Source: Takakia lepidozioides
Lineage: Eukaryota > Plantae > Bryophyta
Length of the DNA stretch: 64,000 bases
Assembly: GCA_030704615.1 (NCBI GenBank)
Contig: CM060731.1
Location: 45,508,001 to 45,572,000, forward strand
Direction of reading: 5' to 3'
A model generated the notes under the pieces. It saw only the letters and a list, made by a program, of their open reading frames with translations. It did not search any database and was not told where the DNA came from. Below are positions 40,031 to 50,520 of the stretch, piece after piece (within the stretch, counting starts at the first letter, position 1; the number at the start of each line of letters is the position of its first letter). Position numbers and translations under genes: made by a program.

Positions 40031-40860
40031 TCAGGTCAAGCAATTGAGATCCATTGCTTGCCCCAACACTTGACGACGTGATGCCTTAGAAAGAGATGGC
40101 ACCGCCGTGGTACCAGTGGTAAAACCCATCGCCCGCTCGCGCTCGTCAGCATTGGGCTCCACTAACTGCTGCAACTGGCTATCCCACAAGAGGCCAGGTC
40201 CACCATCCCGGAAAGCATGAGATCCTGGAAAGCTGAGCAGTGTAGGCAATGTTGCTCGTGGGTGACCTACCTTATTGACCACTGCCGAAGGTGTTCGGTC
40301 ATCGTGTCTCACACGCTAAGACTGTCTCCCTATGTCCAAAATGCTATCCACCGTTAGATTTGGTGGCCGCTGCACCCCATCAAATGCACGCTTGAGCAGT
40401 GCAGGTGACATCAAGTTGGTCCACCATAGTCGTGGGCTGAGCCCGTGACCCCACTGCACCTGCATCCAGCAACACTGCTAACCCAAGCCAAGACCGCACT
40501 TGATGCACACTGGCCATCACCTTGGCCCGAGAATCACCCATCAATGGCACATTCTCCAAGATATATGCCAAAGAGTCTGTCTGCTGAAGCTGTAAATAGC
40601 GCAGGACCCTCAACATCTCCCAAAACAGGCAGGACCTTGAGTCTTATAACCCATTGCCATGCCCGGCTGATGAATGCCCTTGGCAGGGCCAACCTGCCAC
40701 TATCAAGTGAATTGGGCCAACCCGCTCCAGATCATGCGCCCCCAGCAAAGAGATGTCTGCTGGCAAGGTTTGTTGGTATCTACAAACTGCAAACACTGGC
40801 AACAAATTAGGGTACTGCTGCACCAACTGAGCAACATGACGCAGTGAGATTGCTCGTACC
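40031..40860 (-). pseudogene. Retrotransposon-borne C5-cytosine DNA methyltransferase domain (damaged)
   Basis: Motif IV LIVAGWPCQGHSSAG, V DSRSCLFWE, VI YILENV, VIII ...RLWWTN, IX ERERAMGF, X RRQVLGQAMD. Motif I not found; one stop and frameshifts. Confidence 0.9.
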
Positions 40861-41054
40861 CCACAATGGAGTGTGAGCAACCATGGCAGATAACTCCGTT
40901 GTACCATGCATGTCATTCTACTCTGCTGGAGGTGGCACATCCTCTGCATGGGCATTGCCCTCCAACAACTCTCCAGGCCAACTAACTGCAGCTGTGAAGG
41001 CTGCTAGTGTTGGCATCTTGCCCCGCAGGGCAGCAGCAACACCCCCAATGAATG

Positions 41055-41504
41055 TCACATGGAGCTATACACAACGATCATCCCCTCACTGCCATCCAGG
41101 CCTGTAGGATGTGACTCCTCCCAAAAATCCAGGGTGAAGCCCATGGGATACAACATTGCCCCACCAATGAGGACATCGCAAGAGACCGCGTCTGTCACGA
41201 TGGCTTTGGCTCGTATCACTGAGCCATCTATAGGATGATCCGGTTGTAGTCTAATGGCCAACTCACGCCGTGTCATGCCCTGAGCCTGCTCTGATCCTCC
41301 CAGAGATGTCTGTATCTGGAAAGGACAAGGCTTCATATCCGCCTCCATGAGGCCCAAACCTGCAATAGCAGCTCTGCCCAATATCAGTGGCTGAGCTCCC
41401 GAGTCCAATAAGATCCGCAGTGGCCGGTACCTCTTGCCTGCTGGTCCACTCAAAGAGAAAATGTCATCCTGGTTGTCTAACAAGACAACTCCAGGTGTCA
41501 GCAT
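41055..41504 (-). pseudogene. Gypsy aspartic protease
   Basis: RILLDSGAQ and the DVLIGG flap motif. Confidence 0.88.
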
Positions 41505-42211
41505 GGCGCGCTCAAAGCTGGCCTAGCTGGCAGCTCCGTCACCCTGGCAACTGCAGCTTGCCATGGCGCAGGCGCAGCCGTGGCAGTCTTGACCCTCAAA
41601 TCCAAGGATCCCTCTGTCACTACACCTTCCATTAACTCCGCAGAAGATGAAGTGACCTCCTCACTCTCACAGAGTGTTGCTTCTAGTCTGAACACTGCAG
41701 CTGGTCTTACCCCCGGCGTCGCAATCATGGTTGCCGAGAACAGTGGGGCCTGACACACAAAGATGGCCGCCCCCAACAACACACTGGCTACATTAGCCTT
41801 GGCAGCAGGTGTCAGAGCTACACGTGTAGCTCTCCCCAATGGCACAATAACGGCCCCTGCTTCGGTATCTGTCGGGCGAGAACTAGGTGCCATGGATGTC
41901 GTCGACCCTGTCTCCGCCAAGATGAATGATTGAGGCAACCTAGCCTGACGGCTTGCCTCCCCACGTTGTGGATCCAACTCCACCTCTACACCTCGTGGCT
42001 CAGGAACTCGTGTTGCTCCTCGAGTGACGGCTGCAGCAGACTCCACCTGCACTAGTGGTAGTGCTGCCCCACACATAAATCCAATGCCTCCCATGTGTCC
42101 TCCGTCAGGATGACGCTGCTGAGGAGAAACAGGAGGTGGACCCTCAGGTCTTGGAGCTGGTACCACCTGAGCTATGACCATGGTAGCAAGCCTTTACTCT
42201 AGCTGCTGAAG

Positions 42212-43357
42212 CTAGTTGGCCATGCCTTGGTTAATGCCCTGACCTCCATGACCTTGGTCATGCTGTACTTGGCCTCGTCCTGCACCTCGTGCCTGACCAC
42301 CTCGTGCTCTTTGAGGTGCTCCACCTCGCCCCTGGCCACCATTGTTTCCTTGGAACTGACCTCGCCGCAACTCAGGGTGCAAGTCATAACACTGGGCCTC
42401 TCCATGCCCATACTTGCCACAATGCCCACACTGCAACTGTGTAGGCTGTGCTTGTGTCGGCCCTTTGCCATTCTCTGGGCAATCTTTCTTGACATGGGGT
42501 CCTCCACATGTCCAACATACCACCCCTGGTTGCTATTGGCCTGCAAAAGAAGCTACTGGCCTCTGCACCTAAGGTCCCCTCTAAGCTCCATGGAATTTGG
42601 GTTGGGCAACCTTGCCACCCTGACCACGCTGCGGTACAGTGTGCTGCGTTTGTTGGTTGGCAGATACACCTCGTGCCATGTCTTTGCCAAACCCAATGGT
42701 CACTACACGCTCCTCCACCATGTTGAGCTCAATCCGCTCAGCCAGCAGAAACACATCTGCTAAGGTGGGTTGGGCCGCTTGTAACATGGTTGCATCCTGC
42801 ATCCTTCTCTTGAGCTCCTTGTCCAAAATTCCATACCAGAATTGGATTGCCTGAGCTTTAGTGACCCCTTGGGTCACACTTATCAAGTGCCTCATACGAG
42901 TGTAGGCCTCTCGCAAGCTCTCACTGGACTTGTGTTGGAAGTCTTGCAAACTTCGCAGCTTCTCTATCCGTATGCCTTGGTAGGTCCTCCGCAATTCCTG
43001 GAAGAACTCCACCACCGGGTTGAATCTAGGCACATGTGTTGTAGTCGTGGCCGGAGGAGTGGTAGCACCTTTAGAACTGGTACCATCTGCAGAAGTACCG
43101 ACATTACTTGTTCCACTACTAGTGCTGGCAGTGGGAGATATTAATGCTGATGTAGCTATTGGTCACGTCGTGCCTCGAGTAATGGAGACGTAGTCAGGTG
43201 ACCAATACATCCTCCACTTCTCAATCTCTGCTTCATGTCCTCGCCTGAACTCGTGGTAATCGTCCATAGGCGGGCCTTCCAATGCTGACCAACCAGGCTC
43301 TTTAAACATAACACCCTTTAAAAAAATAAACAAATACAAGGGAAAATCTATTTTCAA
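42212..43357 (-). pseudogene. Gypsy gag with two zinc knuckles
   Basis: LQDFQHKSSESLREAYTRM (gag homology region), CWTCGGPHVKKDC and CGHCGKYGHGEAQC. Confidence 0.88.
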
Positions 43358-45648
43358 TAACTTGTCTTGGTTCCCTGTTCCCTGGTTCCCTAAGAATTCC
43401 TTGGACTCATGCCTGGCTCATATCTGAAAAATAACGATCTTAGATTCTTAACTCAATCGCTCCACAGTGGAATTACCATGATAAAGGTAATGTCTTCATT
43501 GATATGCCAAGTTCCAGAATGATAACACCTTGTTCAAGCTGCTGCGATCAATGCCAGGTTAATGCCAGTACCCCAATAGCCTCATGCTAGATGGCATACA
43601 TACGGATCGCTGGCTAGCGACGGCTGGACAACCTAAGTGGCTCCTTTGCATGACCTGCCGGGCTGCCAATCATGTGGTTCAATTTATCCCCTGTTTCATT
43701 TCGGCTTTGTGGCATGACTTTTGCATGACACAGTGACCACAACCAGGATGGCTTTCCGCAACCATTCACGTACTGTTGGGCAAATAGAGATCAGCCACAA
43801 CAATAAGACCATCTCCACGTTCAATTCGAGATTTCCAAGGAGGTGCTAATACCTTCATCGACCATTGGCCTATACCCCAAGAGCAACCTGGTCTTCCTTC
43901 ACTAGGCCCGCAACGTTATATGAGATTCACCCTGTCTCACAACATTCCACCACTGACACGATCGCCTAGACCTGATGCAAGACTTGATCGCAGAGCAGGC
44001 TGTTGCTACGGGGCTGGTCCTTCCTTGTGCACATCTGCTATGCCTCTATCGGTGGTCATAACCGCATCTGGCCTCAATACGAGGGATCTGGCCCTTAGTA
44101 TTCAGCCCCTGTGCAGAGGTGGGAAATTTGAACGTAGGTCTCGGTGCTCGAACTCCCAACAGAGCACTGTACACACAGTGCGGCAGGCTGCAGCCCATCA
44201 ACTTGCTGGTTTGGCTACTTAACGCCGTAAGCTCCCAACAGGGACATGATCATCATGGAATCGGCCACTAGTCGAGCAATAAAATCCCATGGACCTTAAC
44301 ATCTGGCCGAGCCTTCAAGTAGATACCTGAACTGGCCGTCTTCAAGCATTGCTAAAATACCACATTCATCACTACCATGACCAGCAATAGCCGCCTTTTG
44401 CCCTCCTCCGTTCACTATCCGCTTCAATCGCGGCCAACATACAAACAAACCAAGTCTTTTTGGCCGAAAATGGCCACATTCAAAACTCGTCTTCAACCAT
44501 CTCAACACATGAACATCAACGTCGACCTGTTCAGCGACCAACAGTACTGACTCCACCAGCCTTTCCACGGCCCACTTTCAACAAGTCATTTTGTTCTCTC
44601 ACCAGCTTGCCAAGCAACAACGTGCCTTTGACCCTGTGTCTACACACATGACGGAAATGAAAGTATAAATAGCTCTAAAGGCAGCTGATAGCCATTTGCT
44701 ACAAATGATGGAACCAGAGTTGTGCCGTGCCTAGCTTACGACACCAGCTCCAATGGTATGTCCCAATCGGCCATGCAACGGCAGCAGACCACAACAGAGT
44801 AGTGCGGGCCCCGAATCTTCTGTTTCAGATCCACTCAACGTCTTAGTCTAATCCAGAAGATTAACATTTCTGTGAAGTACTTCATGAGTGCCTGCAATCT
44901 CCTATGGCCACAGAAACCAGCAAGAAACGGCCGCCTCCAGCAGTTCACCCGTTATTTTGAAGTTTGAACTCGTATTACAACCGAATGGGCATCTTCACAA
45001 TGTACTAGAGAACGGGCCGTGTTTGGCCGATTCTGCCCTATAACCGGCCTTTGGGCGAGCCCTATGGCCGCGCACAGGGCAGAGTCGGCCAAACACGGCC
45101 CATTCACTGGCGTTAAAAGCAGGTGTGGCGGATTCTCGCCGCTACGTGGCGCAATATGATTGCGGTTCGATTATCCCATATCGATTGCCCAGATTCAGAG
45201 CCCTGGAGAGGATATAAATGGGGCGAGCCTCAGGGGAAGGCGGGTGGGTTGATGGCTGATGACATGGGCCTCGGTGGTAGGTCTGCCCTGGGTGGCCGAT
45301 TCGGCCTGAGAATTAGGCCGAAAAAGTGGCAGAATCTGCCACACCTGCTTTTAACGAAAACCAATGCAACTTAACCACCATTACAACGGCTATTGACTCT
45401 TGTCATTGGGTCAATCCGGAAGCCACCATACGCCAACACTCCCGAATAAAATACCAAATTATACAGGTACAATACCGAGCTATAATATTATATTGCTTTG
45501 TATGGCCATACTCTCTGTACTTATCGCTGTAACCTGTTCGCACAGATAAGCCGTTTCAACTAGCGGTGACTATCTCTCCAGACTGTAGAACCTCAACCTA
45601 GTGCTAAAACAAACATCTATCTAGCTTAACACTACAAAAACTAGATAG

Positions 45649-45662
45649 TCATCTCTCTCGAG
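45649..45662 (-). other. Primer-binding site complementary to the element's own LTR (self-priming type)
   Basis: CTCGAGAGAGATGA directly follows the LTR-terminal CA and is the exact reverse complement of LTR 45852-45865; no tRNA-type TGG. Confidence 0.8.
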
Positions 45663-46357
45663 TGATATGAAAACTAAACTCACGTTGTCTGTTGACACAA
45701 AAACACGAAATACAATACAATCACTCGTTAAAATAAGAGTCGAGCCAGGGGCACCCCAAGCTATGGGGACTCCACCCCACAACATCCTACTCTCCCTCCA
45801 TAAGTACACTCAGATGCTAAGCAGCGAGGGAGCTCGGTCGTGCATGCTCAACTCGAGAGAGATGAGCCGCACAACTGACGAGCTCGTGAAGATAAGATGG
45901 TTCAGGTGTCAAGCTAAACTTGACACCTGACTTAACACTTGAACTAATTCCAAGTGTTAAATACGAATAACTAGATTTATTCTAGTTTATTTCACACTGT
46001 GTTTATTTAACTTGACAGGGGTTTATATAATGTTTTCCAAAATTAGGATAATCTATTAAATTTATGATTCCAATGGATCTTAATTATCCATGCATAAATG
46101 TCATGTTTGAATTAACTTGGATCTTGGGTAGAAACCCAAATTGAGAAGAATGAAATAGTAAAATTGAGATAAAGATAAAGATAAAGATAGTCCATTGGTA
46201 ACTCTTGCACTAAATCCAGCACCACCTTGCTAACGAGATACCATATGGCTTAATTTTGCACTCCAAGATCAATGACAAAAAGATCTAAATGATTACAATT
46301 CGGGGGGAAATAAATCACAACCCGATCAGTAGTCAACCCATCTCATGAGGTTTGAGC

Positions 46358-47086
46358 CAGTGTTGGGCGGTTCTCTGGTTTTGGGTAGAACCTGCAAGGT
46401 AGGTTCTATCTTGTGGAAGATAAATAGAGAACCTCCGGGGCGGGTACTTAAAAACATGGATAGTTAGAGAACCTGCGGTGCAGAGTACATCTCTGAGTTA
46501 CCTTTTTCACAGGTATGTTTTATACCGGTTCTGTAATGCAATTATCCGCCAAAATCCGGTGCTCGGGTATATGGGTAGAGAACCGAGAGATGACCTGGTT
46601 CCGAGTCCCGGTTCTGAGTTCAAAAGTTATTATGGATAGAATAAATAAAAAATGTGCATGTATGAGATGGCCACAATTGTCAATAATTAAGCTCATTTTC
46701 TAGCTCAACTAACACTAAACTTCCTCTAGATTGCACTGTTGGCCTGTTGGCCTGTTGGCATTCAGTTCTAGCATTTTCACTACCCTTCTTCTTCCTCAAG
46801 GTTTCCACGCTAACCTTAGATAACCGCCCTTATACCCAGGGTATGTGTCGGGTGCAGTTACCCTTACCCTCCCCTCTCATTCCAACTCGTAGGTCAGGTT
46901 CTTATGGATACTAGCTATTAGAGAACCCCCGGTTCGGTGAAGTTCACGGGTAAATAGATTTTGGTATCCGCCGGTTCAATCTTGACTAGGGTATTTGAAA
47001 TTTTAATACCCGAGGTTAAGGGGGCATATACCCAGGTCCGGAACCGGCGGTTCTTTCACCCAAAACCAGAGAACCGCCCAACACTG
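46358..47086. mobile_element. hAT-family MITE (729 bp)
   Basis: 29-bp perfect TIR CAGTGTTGGGCGGTTCTCTGGTTTTGGGT and perfect 8-bp TSD GTTTGAGC (46350-46357 and 47087-47094). Confidence 0.95.
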
Positions 47087-47299
47087 GTTTGAGCTTCCTT
47101 TGTATGTGTACGTCTTGTAAGTTATATTTGCTTCCATTTGTCTTATATTCTCATCCACATGTCTTGCCTCCCATTCCACTATACAAATGGTGTCCTTCAA
47201 TTCAAACTCATGTGTCTGTTCCACCATGATGTCTGAAGGTTTCATCCTCTTTGATTTCTGTGGCAAAACCATGTCTGACCTTATATCCTTTCCTTCCAC

Positions 47300-48400
47300 A
47301 TATGAGGGGCCTTTTGCTCCACCTATCTCATGTACTCTGTACCTAAAACTTTAGCCTCTTATAAGGTGTACCATTTTCCTCCGGCATGCTACACTCAGAG
47401 ATGTTACTTTCTACCACACATATGTTTTCAAGTCTTATATGTACAGCTCAAAGAAAATACATCCGTTGTGCGTGGACCAGACCGGTAGTGTCCACCTTTT
47501 TTTTATCAACGACATTGCAAAATACATTTGCATGTTAAGAAATGAAGGAGCAATACATAATTTTTCATTCGAGTGCAAAATCTTTTTCCTCGATATCTTT
47601 TGTGCAAATCCAACATAACAAATCAACCAGTTGAAGATTGATTTCTGAATGCACTCATATAATGTCTTTCACACTGCAATGGGAATGATGTTTGGCAAAA
47701 TGTTGTAGTGGTCACAAATTTTAAACCATAAGCAGAATATCAAAACATGAGCTTGGTTTGTGAGCCTAACCATGCAGGTCTTATTCCCACGGACATAGAT
47801 ATATTGCCGCAAAAATGGATGAATGTTATCTCTTAATACGCCGACATAGCCTAGAACATGTAGGCCTTCAAGGTAGAGCACCAGATCACACAATCCCTCT
47901 AAGGATCTCACCCATGTTTCATCCACGCAAGTCATTGCTTGAAACGACTATTTCCTGATATACTACTTATCCAAGAACTACCGATGACCTCAACAATAAA
48001 CAAATCCATGCCCCTCCCTCACAATCTGTATGATTAAATTTATCTTCTATCATAACCATTATCCGGACCAATCAATCCTTAACAAGGCGTGGGATACACG
48101 GAGGCCCTGCCATTGTTTTATTGATATGAAGTGTAACATGTGCCCAACTTGGGAACTAAAAACTTTCATGTTCCCATTGAGTCTCATGGGAACAACCCAT
48201 GATTTAAGGTTAAGGCCACTTTGGCCAAATTGATGCCTAATCCCTACCCTATCGGGCGGGGCCAATAAACACAATCATCTTTGCCTCATTCAGGTTGGGC
48301 CCTTACCTAGCTGCAATTCTAGAATCGTAGCATGCCTTTTTCATCCAAATTGATGGATGGTTCTCTTGTCCCGGTGATTATGCTTTATGGGCCCGGCTTC
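47300..48400 (-). pseudogene. Highly decayed CACTA (TnpD-type) transposase remnant
   Basis: FKICDHYNILPNIIPIAV resembles LKSHD.H...Q.LP.A, and GLVHAQRMYF.FELYI*DLKTYV resembles GPV..RWMY.FERY...LK.YV. Confidence 0.6.
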
Positions 48401-50520
48401 ACCCCCTTTACTAAAATAGAAAAATAGAAAAATAAATAAAAATAAACATATAAATATGAACCACTTGTACTAGCCATCAGTGATTTTTTTCTTAAATTTG
48501 AAAAAGCCTCTCATTTTACAATAATTGGGACGTTATGGCGCACGCGCGAGCTGACTGGTGGGCCCCGCGCATGGACGCCCGGCTCCCCCACCGGACCCCC
48601 CCGCCCGCCCGTCGCCCACCTGCTGCCGCGGCCCCACCAGCCGCGCTCCGCGCTCGCCGCCCTAGTCCGGCGCGGCCAGTCCGCTGCCCGTGAGTCCAGT
48701 CCAGTTCCCCCAGTCCGCCAAATCGCCAGTCTGCCGGCCAGTCTGCTGTGCACGCCAGTCCGCTGTGCCAGTCCCTGCAAGTCCACCCAACAGTCCGCTG
48801 TACCCGTCTGCTGCCCCCCAGTCTGCCAGTCTGCTAGTCCACGCTGGCCGAGGGATCTGGATCGTCCATTCTGAGAAACCCATCCGCGCCATCCATGTTT
48901 AGGGCATGGAAGATCGTAACACCTGCCACGAACTCGCCCACTCGTTGTTGTTGTCTCGTTCTTGCGGCTCTTTGTTGTCCAATGTTGCGGAGGTTTTGCA
49001 TGCATGCGGCTGTTGTTCTTGTTTATGGCGATTTAATGACGATGAAGGGTTGCCTGAACATGAGAGGGCTGGCGGGGCTCTACAGCCACCATCGTGCACA
49101 TGCTTCCACTATTTTCGCCTTCGTTTTGTGCTGATGTGCTTATTTTTTAGGACGATATGTGGAAAAATTGCATGCGTTTACGGTTTGTGGTGTGTCTCCG
49201 AGTCCGAGCTCCTTCGTATGGAGTAGGAAACCATTGGTAACACAATAGCGGAAATCGCGGAAGCATATGCACGTGGGGGGGCGTGTATACATTGCAGAAT
49301 TTATGTCCACCGATGAGACTGTTCAGGGAGGACATCTCTGCCACCACATGTCTGGGAACTGCGGAGAGTGTGAACGGAACAGGATCCAGTCCGAAGGTCC
49401 TCAAACATCCAGATGCACCTCCTGAAACATCGCATCTCAACCACTACCATCTCCTCGAAAACTGGACAATGGGAAAGGAGACGTAGCTGAGAGATGTTGA
49501 TTCACGTTGCTTGTGGATGTTCGAGGTCCTTACGATTGCAAATGCACGAGGATCAACAGGCTCTTCGACTGCGTCTTTGTCAGTACTTTCTCTAAGCAGT
49601 GTGTTGTGCCATGAGTATGGGCATATGCAAGTCTGCTGGACGGATGAAATGCAACCACGGCATGGGGAATGCTTGCGCGTGAGCCTGGCCGCATGAGCCT
49701 GTGAGCCTGTGAGCCTGGCTAGGCTCACGCCACGTCAGCAAGCTTCCACGTGTTCAGGCCGTAATTCCGTGCTTACCCCCCCCTATTACCGCGGATCAGC
49801 TGTCGCCTATGTCCTAATTTTTTATCCCTCTTCAAGGCCCCCACATGAATATTCTTTGTGGCCGAGAACAATGGCAGGTTTGCGGATGAATTATGATTGA
49901 GGTCATGACTTTGGAATGAGGAGATCGTCCACTAGAGAACTGAATATTAAAAGCAAACATTTTTTTTGGGCAAAGCAGTACATTCATTCCAACACACAAT
50001 CATTTTTCAATTCCGCAATCCGAAGACCTATTTTAGGCAATCCCCAACTGTACTTACGGGAACGCGCAAAGAACTTGAAAAACAGTTTGGAGATGGAAGC
50101 AAAACCAAAATACAATTTATTGAGCCTCGGTACTTGAACCTAAAGAAATATTGGAGGTTTCAGAGGAACCACTTCCAGAGTGTACAGCAATATCATCTAT
50201 GAATACAGCAGCACATCCATGACGTTTTTTTTTTCCTCGACCTTCATGGAGATGCGAGTACAGTGTTTGTTCGGATAATACCCGTGCGCAAGCTTCCGCG
50301 TAAACCGGCAAGCGGTTGGATCTAGGGGGGCTCGGGGACATGTAGTATCCTTGGAAACCGAAAGGCGTCTGCTGATTCGATGACTGGTGCTGAACTCTGC
50401 AAAGCAAGAAGAGGAATGGTGGTATATGTTAACATCCAGATATAGACAACGAAAGCCACTATTTCTCGAATGGGAACGACACAAGGAAATGCAACATATT
50501 TTGCACGAGTACACAAGAAC

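Larger units (their letters stand above)
36191..46017 (-). mobile_element. Ty3/Gypsy retrotransposon with C5-DNA methyltransferase, PHD finger and split (permuted) LTRs
   Basis: TG...CA ends with GGGG on both flanks; domain order gag-PR-DNMT-RT-RH-IN-PHD. Repeat blocks A 36191-36275 / A' 36634-36718 (85 bp) and B 36277-36631 / B' 45663-46017 (355 bp). Confidence 0.93.

Noticed and set aside
36191-46017. DIRS/PAT/Ngaro tyrosine-recombinase element, suggested by the split repeats
   Set aside because: It has a protease and an HHCC/DDE integrase in Gypsy order, TG...CA ends and an apparent TSD; no tyrosine recombinase motif was seen.
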